DNA of 64,000 nucleotides from assembly GCA_030248215.1 (NCBI GenBank), contig JASANG010002365.1:124001-188000 (forward strand), written 5' to 3'. Below are positions 1 through 13,102 of the stretch, one piece after another. The position numbers and the translations under genes were made by a program. Under the pieces are notes generated by a model. The model did no database searches. It was not told the origin of the DNA and saw only the letters and a program-made list of their open reading frames with translations. Numbering within the stretch: position 1 is the first letter of the stretch; each line of letters starts with the position of its first letter. This DNA is from Enoplolaimus lenunculus (lineage: Eukaryota).

Positions 1-1020
1 CGTTCGGCGGAGAGAAGTATAGCGCAACCTTTAAGTATTGCGCAATTCTAAAGTTTGCGCTATACTTTACTCAACCGGACGTAGGCGCGTGCCGTCGCAC
101 GGTGGCGTGCGGTTATATCCGAGTATAGCACAACCCTTACGGTTTCAAAATTAATTGCTATCCTTAATTAGAGTTAATTAATGGTTTTCAATTACCAAAT
201 CAGTATGTTTTTAAGGCTTAAACAACGCGGTATGTCTTTATAATACACTTTGACAGTTGCATATTGCAAAGTGTGTTTCACGTGTCGCTTGTCAAAATTG
301 CACTGATTTTTGGCGATTCGGTTTTGTATTTTACCGCAAAATAGGTTTATTTTCTGCAATGCTGTTGTTGATGAGCAAAAAATTACGGCAAACATATTTG
401 AATTTTTAAATTTCTTCAAAACACACTCGAATGCGCATTTTACTGGTTGTCTCGCGTTTTATGGTTCTTAGCAACACATTTCAATCATTCGCAGCAAATT
501 CTTTTTTACCACCTTAAAAATATTTGAATAATTCATGTTTTATCGTTGAACAACAATTAAATGTAATTAATTTTGGAAAGTAATATCTGAAGTAATTACT
601 TATAAACAATTATTTCCATGCGTTCACTTTAATTGCAATAAGTTTATTAAGCAATTCAGACGGAAAGTTAGTTGTTTCTGAGTTAACAACAGCACACCTT
701 TATAGTCACTTTGAGCTGAGTTGACTGTCATAATGAGTTGAATTGACTCCTGGAAAGTTGATGATTTAAATTAGAGTGAATTGAATGAACTTATAATTGT
801 GAGTTCTGGTAGTCCTAACTCAGACTGAGTGATTCAACTCATTCTGAATTAAAATCAACTCGCTGGAATTTACAGTGTTCAAACGCCATATTGTAAATTT
901 TTTACCTGAAAAGGTGGTAATTCATCTGAGCCAGTTTAAATGTTGGAAACATTAATTGAGTTTAACTGCAAAAATGTCAAAAATTAAAACTGTGATAAAT
1001 TTGGAAATTAACTAATTCAT

Positions 1021-1248
1021 TCCTAAGCCTAAGCCTAAGCGTTGCAAAAATGATTTCCTAAGCCTAAGCCTAATCGCTGCAAAAATGATTTCCTAAGCCT
1101 AAGCCTAAGCCTAATCGTTGCAAAAATGAGTTCCTAAGCCTAAGCCTAAGCTTAAGCGTTGCAAAAATGAGTGCTTAACCTAAGCCTAACCGTTGCAAAA
1201 ATGAGTTCCTAAGCCTAAGCCTAAGCTTAAGCGTTGCAAAAATGAGTT
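1021..1248. repeat. Telomere-like minisatellite matching the family B interior, TIRs lost
   Basis: Units of (CCTAAG)2-3 plus CGTTGCAAAAATGA(T/G)TT. Confidence 0.8.
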
Positions 1249-1928
1249 GCAGTAGCACTTCTGAATATTTTTTGCATTTCCATCTCTGCTAGGCTTTGTC
1301 CACATTTACGCAAAGGCGTAGGCTTTAGCTTAGGCTTATCAGGCTTACGATAGGTGTAAGCTTACCGAAACTTTTTCAGGAGCCTTTGCATCAGGCTAAG
1401 CCTGATCCTTGAATGTGGGAAAAATCGAATCCTCAACCTTAAATGCAGCAAAATGTGTAAAATAGCCCAGTATTTCTGTAAACAATTGATGGGGCCGAGG
1501 TTATACGCCTCGCGAGGTCGGCCCTTTCGTGCGAGCAACGGAGGCCTCCATAAGATCCATCGACAGCCGCTGTATGATTCAGTAAGGCCATGTGTAACTT
1601 ACCGCGGTCTACTGACTGTTGTTTACCGGGGCACCCGAAACAATTTAATTATTATTCAGTTCGAGGATATTTTGCAGCCTCCAGCAGATTCGATGTATTA
1701 TAGACCGTCTGAAATTTTTACAACTATCGGAATATAACTAATGTTCTGCGAATATGACGAAAACATATACCCAGTCACTCGGCGTGGGGACCCCTGATGG
1801 CACGCGACCTTTCTTATGGGTTAAGGAGAAAGCGCTAGCCGTGGCACTGTGACAATTAACCAATACAGTCTTGAAATTCGCATTTCTAACAAAATTCGGT
1901 TGCAAATTTAAAAAATAATGTATTCGGT

Positions 1929-2104
1929 CAGGCCGGGTAGCCAGCTCCCCTTCTTGGGGGGGGGGGCTAAAAAGTTTTTAAGACGAGCATGCAAGTGTTT
2001 TCGTTGACTTACAAGCAAGGTTGAAAATTTTCTAGGAGGGTGAGACACAATTATTCCATTTGGGGATATGTCCCCCTTGGCCTCGTTCATTGGCTACGAG
2101 CTTG
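1929..2104. mobile_element. hAT-like MITE family F (representative; many more copies in the window)
   Basis: CAGGCCGGGTAGCC...GGCTACGAGCTTG with perfect 8-bp TSD TATTCGGT. The core AAAATTTTCAACCTTGCTTGTAAGTC recurs (either strand) near 2930, 7080, 11940, 14820, 19210, 20950, 21150, 21980, 23255 and 57265. Confidence 0.75.
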
Positions 2105-4497
2105 TATTCGGTTGTTTTTTTTCGCTTCACTTTTTGACGTTTAACATTTATTAGCGAAGCTACAAAATAACACACCCGAACTCATTTATTTTATGCCTCA
2201 AACGGTTTTTGACGAACCAGAAATGTTTAATTGTTTTGCGTAAGTTGTTCCCGTTGTTACCTTGAGTCTTTGCTACCTGTTTGGTGTTTGCGGCAGCCAG
2301 TTTTTTTGGTGTTGTCGAAGTTGACAATATTTGGCTAACTGTGTTCAGTCAGAATTTCAATTCTGAGCACATATTCTCAAATGTGTATAGCAACTATCAC
2401 CAGTTAGTAATAGGTTTTAAAACTCGCTAACTATTGCAGTTGCGGAACTCAACTTTGGTACAGGAGTTAGAGCAAATTAAATGCGAAAAATGTGCTGAAT
2501 TTTGAGCGTCAGCATTCACTGGTTCAAATGTTACAAGACCTATCGCCTACAGGAAATAGGTGTTACACAGATTTTAGAATATCGGCTTTGGACTATTGAT
2601 CGGGACTCAAAATGGGGTCCCGCCCCCTCTTATTAACCCCTCTTATTCGGGTCAATAGAGTAGCTACATCTAAAAGTTTTTTGCGAGCTAGCGTAACGTG
2701 CCGGATACTGGTTTTGAACTTCCTGTAAAAGTAACCGATTCAGAGTCTGACCACAAATTTCGTGTGATATATTAATAAACCTGATTGGGAGTGTTTGACC
2801 AAGATGAATAATTGTACAAATAGTCAAATGGTGTGTGACGCTTTAGATACCCAAATGCGGATCCGTAGCCAAGAAGGGCCACGGTGAGCTCAGTAACCCT
2901 CGAAGACTATTAGCCGCCTGGCACATTTTCAATCTTGCTTGTAAGTCATCGAAAACCTTTGTATGCCTCTCTTGAAAAATATTTATCTCTCCCATCAAGG
3001 TGACCTGGCTACGGGGCCTGTCTGAATAAAAAATGGCTGAGAGGTTTGAAATTTAAATCCTGAAATTTTTGCATCAGCTTTTAAATTTTTTTAAATGAAT
3101 ATAGTTCTGATCTGAGACAATTAGGAAAATCTGAACGCTATTTTGAGTGATATTGATTTAAAACTAAGCTCGCAATAATCTAATAGTCGCATTTGGAGCA
3201 AAATTACTAAGCATTTTATGACAGGAGCGAGCTAAACAAGTCACACTTGTTTTTATAAGTATATCGACAAAACTTGGTGAACTAATCGAACAAGATGCAT
3301 ATATTTTTACATTTAAACTCTGGCAATGCTTTAATTCTGAAATCCATTTATATATTCATATGCTGCAATTTTCGCTCTTTTCGCACATTTAGTGAGTCCT
3401 GGTGTACATACACACACGGTTACTGTATTAATGTGTTGCATGAAAGTTAGTTACATGTCACCTAAAAACGTTATTTTATATCACATTTAGTTGCAAATTA
3501 TGTTTAAGAATCGTTTAATATTTTTCAATTTTTTCCACCCTCCTCGAAAAAAATTAAAAAACATTTTCCCGGTAATTTTTTTCCGGCCAACAACCCTGCC
3601 TAAACTGATCTCAATGTAAATATCAGGGGATAATAAATTTTGCAGTTTTTTTTTGCAAATTTGTTTGTATTTTTTAGCAAATTTTTGCAATTTCACAGGT
3701 TATAGAGACCCTTGCGGTTCCAAACCAGCCAAACGCCATAATCGTAATTGTGATTGTATTTGAGTTGGTATAACGCAATTGCGGATACGGTTTCGTTTTT
3801 TGCGATAAAAGCGTTGAAACTATTAAATGTAGTTTTTAAAATTTAATATTTTCATCATTTTCATTACTTAATGTCCGTTTTGGGGTAGCAGCCAGGATAT
3901 GATTAATACACAGATTAGGCTTTTTGTAAGATTTTTCTCATAATTTGTTTTACATGTGTATATAAGCCGTTCGCATAAATGGTATGGCAAAATATGCGGC
4001 GAGCAAAACAGCGAACTGGTTCAAAAATGTAAACTTTTGACTTTTGAATACTTCGTTCGAATCTGTGAACAATTTGTCGCTCGAAACTTTGTCGCTCAAC
4101 AGTATTCTAAAACCTATGGTTAAATCTTATACTAACGGCCTCTGTTCTATACATAGGCCGACTAACGGCCTCTGTTCTATACATAGGGGCCGGAGCTGTT
4201 TAGTGTTAAGTCTTATTCAGTGTTGCGACCGCCCACTCCATACCCAATGTTTTCCATAACCACCGTCGTAATTTCACCCCACGGAGAGTTCAAAACAAAA
4301 AAAAGCCTCGTGTGAAATCATTGTTCAGGGGGGGAATCTACAGTGAATTGTTGACAGTTGTATATGACAGCTTTGACCTTAATTGTAAAAACGCGTCATA
4401 TTGCATCCGAATGTCACGTATAAGTTAACCATTTTACGGATAATGTATCATCGAACGAAATCCAAAACGGTATTCAAACAAATTTTTGCAACGAAAC

Positions 4498-4848
4498 CAC
4501 ACCCATAGCCAACTCACCCGGGCTCGTAGCCAAAATGGGGCCCGGGGGTGGGGCTCAGCCCTTCTCAAAAATTTTGCCCCCGCCCCCCCTCCTAAAAGTG
4601 CTCAACCTTGCTTGGTATTCATTGAAAACCATTGAATGCAACTCTTGACAAATTTTTAGTATGCCTAGCAAGGTGAGCTGGCTACGGGCCTGAACTCACC
4701 TTGTTAATAGGAAAGGCTAAAAAATTTTCAAGAGTGGAATACAAGGGTTTTTGAAAGCTTACAAGCAAGATTAAAAAATTTTTAAGGGAAGCAAACATTT
4801 ATCAGGGGGGCTAAGCCCCCGCGTGACCTGCCTCTGGCTACGAGCCGG
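4498..4848. mobile_element. Family F copy with a second family F copy (4519-4692) nested inside
   Basis: Inner TSD AACTCACC is perfect. Outer TSD AACGAAAC/AACGAAAT. Confidence 0.78.
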
Positions 4849-4870
4849 AACGAAATTTATTGCAACTGTA

Positions 4871-5009
4871 GGCCCATGTAAAGATCAGGGGCGGAACGTT
4901 TTTCTGTGTGACTAGAAAAGAGTAAGCTTAATCTGTGGAATATTTTTTGTTTTGCTTAGGCTTAGGAATATGCCTATAATACTGTTCCGCCCCTGTCTTT
5001 ACATTAGCC
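4871..5009. mobile_element. Telomere-core MITE family A (Merlin-like), short copy
   Basis: TIR GGCCCATGTAAAGATCAGGGGCGGAAC / GTTCCGCCCCTGTCTTTACATTAGCC. TSD CAACTGTA/CAACTGTG. Internal TTAGGC. Confidence 0.75.
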
Positions 5010-6265
5010 CAACTGTGTAACATTTGCGTCCGTAGTGAGTTAAGTGGAAACTTATACACACAGCAAAGGTAAGCTCATGTTGCCGCAACGTTATTCTATA
5101 CCATAGAAACAAAATTTAAGCAGAAAGTCATTTTACGACTGAAAATTTCTATAATCTCCCTTCGTCCTACGCTATGATGTTCGGTAAGATCGGGCTCGTA
5201 GCCAGAAGGGGGTGCTCACCTCAGATTTCGTCGACTCCGACAACTTAATAAGAGGGGGGACTGATTGATATTTATTTGGCCTCTCCAGAGGGTACCCCAC
5301 TTGTAATTCGGTTACGGACTGTTATTCATTTTCAACCCACGCTCCGCTGCCCTTCGTTACTGATATATATCGGGTACTGCAATTATCCGTTGAATTAAAC
5401 GTTTATTTGTCTTGTGTCAACAGCTTGAGCGATAATACAAGGTTATACTTAGGAATGTACTTTCGAAATTTAAGCACTTACGTTTTAAAGTTTCGAACTC
5501 AAATTATTTGGTCCTGGAGTCATTTATGCGCTGCACTGTCCGTTTCTTGTATATTATTTAAATACTTGCACACCATTGAGTTTTGTCCAAATGAAAACAT
5601 AGCCATATATCAAAGCTTCTTTGTCGATTCAGTCAGAGCCGGAGCTGTCAACCCCCCTGCCCCCTATTTTGAGGTCCACCCCAAAGTAGGGCCACCACCA
5701 TAACAAGGTATTAAACACAAAATAGCCCTTAATATTCAACTAGGGTAGGCATTTAAAATGGAAAAATTCACCATTTTAAAAATATTTCGGTCATCACAAG
5801 GGGCCGCTGCCCTGGAATTTTCTGGAGTGGAACCCATCATAGCCTGCTCCGGCACTGCAATCTGTGTTCACCATTTGTGTAACTCACGTTTTTTGGGTTG
5901 ACATTTCACTGAACCCAGCAAGGGCGTCCGTACGGAGGGCATTGGTGGGCCGTGCCCCCCCCCCCAAATTTGGCTAGTCCATCACAAATAGACTCGGTCT
6001 AAAAGTGAACAATTTTAAATTGCAATGGACCCCCCCAAAAAAATTTTCTATGCTCCCCCCATGTAGAATTTTCTGCGGATGCCCCTGGTACGCAGTACCC
6101 AGACACAAGATACTCCATAATTCATTCATATAGAACCTTGTTTCCTGGCCATAAGCCGGTATCAAGTTACATTTGTACTCTCAGATCTCAACAGCCGTAT
6201 TACGTTTCCAGCTTTTCACATTCTTTGTTTAACACTGCGAAACATTCTTAAAATGTGACATTTTA

Positions 6266-6560
6266 GGATTTGCGCTATACTTTTGTTGACGTCCGGCGCC
6301 GTCCGGCGTCGTCCGTCTCCGTCCGGCGTCGTCCGTCTCCGTCCGGCGTCGTCCGTCTCCGTCCGGCGTCGTCCGTCTCCGTCCGGCGTCGTCCGTCTCC
6401 GTCCGGCGTCGTCCGTCTCCGTCCGGCGTCGTCCGTCTCCGTCCGGCGCCGTCGGTCTCCGTCCGTCGCCGTCCGTCTCCGTCCGTCGCTGTCCGGCACT
6501 GTACGGTATCGTATCATACGTGTGTAAGTACGATAACGCTACGGTGACGGACGGTGCAGC
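6266..6560. repeat. Family G MITE with a 20-bp GC-rich minisatellite (GTCCGGCGTCGTCCGTCTCC)
   Basis: Begins TTA|GGATTTGCGCTATACTT. About 10 tandem units at 6291-6497. Confidence 0.8.
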
Positions 6561-7662
6561 GGCAGACTCAAAAATTTTGCACCAGCCATCAAAATTCATA
6601 TTTTGTGTTATGAAATTTTATTAATTTTTTTGTAAAACCGAAGTTTTGCATTTTCACAAATTTGTTTGTTTTCGTAACGAAAACAAAAAAATTTGTGAAA
6701 ATTTTTTAAGTCGATTAATGCGAAGTTTCACGTAATAACTGGGACAGCTCTGGAACATGTTTTATTCAAAACTATTAAGCTGGTGGTTGTAGTTCATCGA
6801 AACAATTTTAGAATTTTTAATTGAAACGTTAGCCAGTCATTGTAAGCTGTTCAATTTGTAGAGATATTTCAAAATTGAGTCGCTCACTGGTATTGATTTC
6901 AACTCACAACGTTCTAGGAACCAAATATTGTTTCACTCGTTTGTCAAGTATATAAGCATTCATCTACGAACCCGTGCGTAGTGGCCCTAACCTCTCGGTT
7001 CTACCGGGCCCGCAGTCAGAGGGGACTGGGTAAACTTCAGCCCCTCTCCTGAAAAAGTTTTGGCCCCTGGAGAAAATTTTAAACCATGGTTGGATAAGTC
7101 ATCGCAAACCCTTGTATGCTCCCACTGAAAATTTTTTAGCCTAACCTAGCAAGATGAGCTGGATACAGGCCTGACTTGCAAGGGAGTGGCCTAAAAATTG
7201 CCTGGCGTTTCGATCAGTAAAACCACTCTCTAAAAGCTTAAACTAACTTGATTTAAGCTAAAGCTAATCCACCAGTATTAAACTAACTTTTTAGATTATT
7301 TAAACTAACAGGTAGGTTTGCGCTTAAACAACTCATTTCACATCTTAAATATTTTCAGTTTAAGCTAAACTTATTGAACTCTTAGATACACGGCTGCACT
7401 TGTTACTTAATCTAAAAATAAGTTTACTTAAACTCGTATTAAACTTAAAAACACGTTAGTGTAAGCAAAACTTAAAATTCTAATTTAGTTAGTCCGTCCA
7501 GCCATTTAAGTTTTACTTAAACTGATATTCAAGTCTAGTTAAGCTATAATTTCAGTTTAAGTTTTTAGAGAGCAACTTTGAAAACTTCACTAGATCCAAA
7601 AGTTAAGTTTTTCGAAGCGTTAAAATTTATATTTCAGCTGTTTTTTGCAGTATAGAAATGAT

Positions 7663-7806
7663 GGCCAATGTTACTTTAAGGCGCGTAACAGTAGAGTAAG
7701 CGTAATCCTAAGCCTAAGCGTAAGCAAAAAAATGTAATCTAGTACCTAAACGTATTCTTTTATAGACACACCAGAAACCTAGACGCTCCTTAAAGTAACA
7801 TGGGCC
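7663..7806. mobile_element. Telomere-core MITE family B (Merlin-like)
   Basis: TIR GGCCAATGTTACTTTAAGG / CCTTAAAGTAACATGGGCC. Perfect 8-bp TSD GAAATGAT. Internal GCCTAA. Confidence 0.8.
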
Positions 7807-8688
7807 GAAATGATATTAATTGCATTTAAAACCATAAATTGTAATCTGTATTAATAACCAGTTTTAGTAAACGGGTGTTGACCCACGAAAAATACCAGTT
7901 AAACAACGAACATTTAGTAATTTGACCAAATATATTGTTTCTGTTGTTCGGTACAATTTTCAACTTTCAAAACCAAAATCTTTGGCAATTTTCGTTCCGA
8001 AACACTAAAACATTCCATTCTGTACGTCGACGCAGCCAAGTCCACTAAAAATCCAACGGTGGCGTCACACACCCCCCACACCACCATTTTCTGGTTTACT
8101 TTTGCTTTATCATTAAACATATTATTTCGTTCACAGTTCAATCGTTGCCAGGTTTTTGTTTGCCAGAAATATTTGTGAATCAATTTGCCTTATAAAGTCA
8201 AAACCCAACCCGATTTTGAACCACAAAAACCTGGCCAAACTTTTAAGTTATTATTCACCGTTTGAGGACTTGGACTGTATGATAAGCTATTACCGGTGTT
8301 GCGTGTTGATTTATTGGCTAAAATATAAACTAATCTTGATTTTAATATTAATTAACCGTTTTAACGTTGCAAAAATATTGTTCGGCTGCCGCACGCAGTC
8401 AACAAGACCACCATCACCCTTTACACCCCCTGGTTCTGTAATTATTTTTCAATGTTTCGTGGTCAATAACAGCTGTTTATGAGGTTTTTCGACAAAACAA
8501 TTAATTAAGGAAAAAGGTTCTTGGGTTTACCTGAACCCTGATCCGTAAGTTTGGCTATAAAATTTGAGTACCAGCAAATATTGCAGTTATTTTGTTCGCC
8601 CGTTATGTCCAGGCACTAGTATATTATAAGCATAGGCATGTTATAAAGTTTCTTAGCAGTAGCTGAAACCAAAAGTGGATTATGCATA

Positions 8689-9113
8689 CTGTAGTGATCC
8701 GAATAAGAGCGGGGGACTGATATTTATTTGGCGTCTCCAAAGGGTACCACCCACTTGTTATTACGGACTGTTATTTATGTTTAACCCGCCCTCCGCCGTC
8801 CTTCGTTACTGATATATTCGGTATTGCAACTATCCGTTGAATTAAACGTTTTTTGCCTTGCATCAAACGCTTCAGCGATAATGCAAGGTTATACTTTGGA
8901 TTGTTACTTTCAAAACTTAAGTACGCTTTAAGTTTCGAACTCAACTTTATTTGTTCCTGGAGTCATTTATGCGCTATAATTTGGAATAACTGTCATTTAT
9001 GGACTCTAATTATGGATTAGGGACTCTATCCGTTTACGGACTCTTATTAGGGATACAGACTCCTATTGATCAGGACTCAAAATGAGGACCCCCTCTTATT
9101 CGGGTCAATACAG
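8689..9113. mobile_element. MITE family D (CTGTAGTGACCCGAATAAGAG TIR, TA-flanked)
   Basis: TA|CTGTAGTGATCCGAATAAGAG...CTCTTATTCGGGTCAATACAG|TA. Fragments also at about 2590-2660, 5245-5530 and 61303-61400. Confidence 0.8.
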
Positions 9114-9447
9114 TACTTTAACAAGTGTATGCAACTGGGTACATTCTGTGTAGAAAAGAATCTGCCAGGCACGCGTTACGGTTTGCCCTACGCCTTCTTT
9201 ATTTAGAGGACGGGTACAACCTGTGCGAGCCATGACACTTTATGTATGCGGCAACAAAAATGATTCGTTTATTGTATAATTTAGGGTTATTGCATGTGAC
9301 AACGACTCATCCCACTCTCTAAATAAGGGGGTCGGACAAAAACGCAACGCGTATTATGTCCTCTTGCTTGAAACGTATACTGTGGCTTTTTAACTACACA
9401 ACTATCGTATCTTGCACTAAAACTTTCAAAGTTTCTATGTTCTTACT

Positions 9448-9913
9448 CTGTACTGACCAAACTAATACGGGGTTACTATCGTGAGTCCCAATCAATAGGA
9501 ATCTGTATCCGTATTGTAGTCTGTTAGTGGACAGAGTCCATAAGTCTTTATTAAGAGTCCATAAAATAAATCAAAGCAGAAGAATGACCTAGACAGCTCA
9601 AATATATCATACTTAGACAATAAACTTTAAATTCGGAAAAAAAAATGAAAAACACTAGGGGGGGGAACTCGGAGTTGAACCAAGGAACCCCCGATCTGCA
9701 GACGAATGTTCTACGGATATGGCAATCATTAACAGAAATGCATTGGAACAAGTGTGTTTTTTTCGAATAGAAAAGGATATAACAAAGAAGTGTGTTGGAT
9801 CCAACTTTATTGAATTAAAATTAAATAACAATCCGTAACCGAATAAACAAGAGAATACCTTTTTGGAGAGGTAAAATAAATATCAGTCTCTTTTCTTATT
9901 CGGATGACTATAG
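9448..9913. mobile_element. Diverged family D MITE with a different interior containing a tRNA-Cys fragment
   Basis: Both ends align in reverse to family D ends (...CTTATTCGGATGACTATAG|TA). The middle is unrelated to other family D copies. Confidence 0.6.
9659..9715 (-). pseudogene. tRNA-Cys(GCA)-derived fragment (3' two-thirds) inside a MITE
   Basis: Minus strand reads GTAGAACATTCGTCTGCAGATCGGGGGTTCCTTGGTTCAACTCCGAGTTCCCCC, with a CTGCAGA anticodon loop and a GGTTCAACTCC B-box. The 5' end is missing. Confidence 0.6.
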
Positions 9914-10684
9914 TAGACGATAAATTTTTTGACGCCTGATACCTACATTTCCACCGTGCAGGGGTTAAGCTGACGGGAAAGGTCATGGAGGACATGACCC
10001 TTGCAATTGCTAACAAATAAGAATCGGGGTTACACCCTTTTGCGCGGAGTACACCCATTTTGAGCATGTTTACCCTAAAGGTGGCACTGAATCCACGATT
10101 TGTCAATCGAATCCATTGCTAATTTGCCGAATCCGAATACGAATCTTACATGTTGCCAATTTCAGATATATCTGTAATTTGTTTCAGAATATCAACGCAA
10201 TGCCAGCCGCATAACTTTTAAACGTTAATATCTTTCGTGGCCGACCTCAGTTTTAAGATTTGTGCCCTGAAAAACAAAAATGTTTTATTAATATAACAAG
10301 TTATTTAAAATTTTTATAATTTAAAACTGAAACAAATATAGCTGAACATTGTTGAATTCGGCGTTTGGATTCAGCTTTTTCGCAACCGAATCCGAATCGG
10401 AACCACAAATTTTTGCCGAATCCAAATCCGAACCTTTGTTGCCACCCTGCCATAAATCTCGCTGCCAGTATTTATCTCTGCTTAACCAATTATTGTTACA
10501 ACAATCAACAACACTTAACAACATTACACTTATGAAATTGCATTCAATTGAAAGATCGAGTAAGAACTTCTAAACGAGTTAAATAAGATATTTACGGGAG
10601 TAAACTACGGTTTCACGACAATTCGTCGCCCGACAACTTGTAATCCAAAATTTCATCCAATCGACAATTCGTGGACCGTCACTC

Positions 10685-10936
10685 CACTGTAAATTCCAAT
10701 GAGTTAATTAATCAAGTCAGAAGGAAAGTTAGTTATTTCTGAGTTAATAACAGTCAACTTTAACTCACTCTGAGTTGAGCTGATTCTCACTCTAAGTCGA
10801 GTTGATTCCGGGAGAGTTGGTTGCTTAAGTCAGAATGAGTTGAATCAACTCAGAGTTATGAGTTCGGATAGTCCTAACTCAGACTGAGTGATTCAACTCA
10901 TTCTGAGTTACAATCAACTCACTGGAATTTACAGTG
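10685..10936. mobile_element. MITE family C (CACTGTAAATTCC TIR, rich in GAGTTGA/TCAACTC)
   Basis: TIR CACTGTAAATTCCAATGAGTT / AACTCACTGGAATTTACAGTG. Partial relatives at about 640-877, 12125-12300 and 26830-26921. Confidence 0.78.
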
Positions 10937-12761
10937 TATGCTTTAAGCTGAAACTTAGGCTTAGCATAATGCTTAGATTTATTAGTAGGCTTTACGACAC
11001 TGTTGGATGGCAAGTTTTCAAATTAAAAAACGTATTTCGTAGGCGTTTGTACAATTTAGTGCAGCAAAAAGTTTAATTTGCTAATTTAGCAAAACTGCAA
11101 TTTCGTTGTTTTTTTCACGTCATCAACAACCAATAAAATCGCCGGGTAAATCTGAAACCTGTCACTATTACCGTCCGATGACGTCATCGACGAAACGGTA
11201 TACAATTGTTCCAAATTTGTCAATATACCTATATTTTAGACTTTAGAAATGTGTGTAAAATTTTTGAACCACAACAGCATACGGGCATATGGGTCCACGT
11301 TTCAAACTGAAATACACAAAAATACCGTTTAACTGTACTTTTAAGTTTGACAGCACCCAAAAAAAATTGTACCTACACTTTGATTTTGAGCGATTTGAAA
11401 AATTGAATATTTTCAGAGCGGGGGGTAGTTGTTGAAAAAAATATTCATTCTTTGCCAGCAATATTCGGGGGGAGGGTAATAGCTGTGTGAATACGGCTTG
11501 TCAAAAAGCATCGTTTTTTGGCTGCGGTAGCACCCTCTTTTAGCGAAAAGAAACATCATCAAATGGTTTAAATATCGATTTATTTTGAGACTCTGGTTTA
11601 CGCCTTTGGCGACGATGAGTACCGGTTTAGCGAAAGTCTTTGTGGGGTGCATTTTTGTGGCATGGCCCTTGTGTGAGAAAAATACGATGCGTTCCCTGTT
11701 AATTTTTTGAGGTTTTAGGGGGGGGGGGTCGAGATACAACGTAGCCGTGTAACAATAACCACTTTTAAGTGAGCGATTTATATATGCATTGTTGACTTAA
11801 AAAGGCAAATATATATATAATATATTGCGAGTGACTTGAAATTTACAGTTTATAACGACCGGACGGTAGTCAGGTTTACCTTGCTAGGAGGGGCTAGAAA
11901 ATTTTCAGCAGGGACATACAAACGTTTTCGTTGACTTTACACGCAAAGTTGAAAATTTTTTAGGAGCCCAAAAAATCTTCCCGGACGTCCTCCGGAACCT
12001 TCATGGCTGCGGATACGGAAAGGGGGGCTGATGTGTTTTGAGTTATTATTGTTGTGATTGTAGACACGTTTCGAAGGGGGCACAGTTTCAAATATTTATT
12101 ATAAGGTGTCGTTCAGAATAGTCACACTGACAACTTCAATGAGATGATTTTAACTCAGACTGAGTTGAATCCACTAAGAGGAGGGAGCACTGAATTTGGG
12201 CTTTCAGAACGCAGAATTCTGAATTGATTGAACTCATTTTGAGTTACGTAATTAATCAACTAACCCAAAATTAGATCAGCTCAGAATGTGTTAACGAGTC
12301 TAAAATGCAATGCATTTAAGTCTTGAAAAATTAAGAAAGTACGAGTCTTGAAATTTCAACATAATCATTAGTGTGTAGTAAACTGGATATTTTTGCAAAT
12401 TTATTGATTTTAATTCTCTTCGTACAATCAGAGATGTGTCAAATTTGATTATTTGTTATTCGATTTTTGAAATGTTTCAATTTATCTCTTAAATTATCGC
12501 CAATCAAACTATTTTAAGTTTTTTTCTTCTTTTTATCTTAAAAATCAAATTAAGACATATAAACAGTATATTTTTGTTTAGAATGAATGCGTGCAATAAA
12601 CAAAATGTTTACACAGGTTTGTAATGCATATATTCAATTACATTACATCTTGAGAATTTCTGCTGCGTTTGTAAAAGAGTAACTTATCGCTCGCAACGTT
12701 TGGGTTTTGTTGGTACTATACGGTCTGCACAACCCCTGATTGAAGTTTTGTCCAAAGTTAA

Positions 12762-12833
12762 TGACCACGCCGGGAATTCAACCTCTGCCGTCTTGCGCTT
12801 CAGCCAAGCATGCTACCACTATACTACGTGGTC
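12762..12833 (-). pseudogene. tRNA-like sequence (apparent GAA anticodon), probably a pseudogene
   Basis: Perfect 7-bp acceptor stem GACCACG/CGTGGTC, A-box TAGTATAGTGG, loop CTGAAGC. T-arm is degenerate (AGAGG-TTGAATT-CCCGG). Confidence 0.55.
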
Positions 12834-13102
12834 GTTGCAACAACTTCTTTATACCGGTATATGTGCACAGGCATGGCAACATTTTCTTAACATACACTTA
12901 CGTGCAGATATGCCGACAGGGTTATTTAAAGTCAATCAACCTGGTAAATATTGTAAAATTTCAACCGATGTTTTTGCCGTTCAAAAATTTGAACTGATTA
13001 GTAACCACTTACCCGCTTGAAAAGGTTGTTTTGGAAACGCTTTGTCTGACAAGCGATATTTTAGCAAATTTATAATTATTCAGTACTCACAGGCCGCCTG
13101 TG

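Noticed and set aside
6216..6624. Arg/Asp/Gly-rich ORFs on both strands (similar ORFs at 45177-45655)
   Set aside because: They arise from stop-free GC-rich minisatellites.
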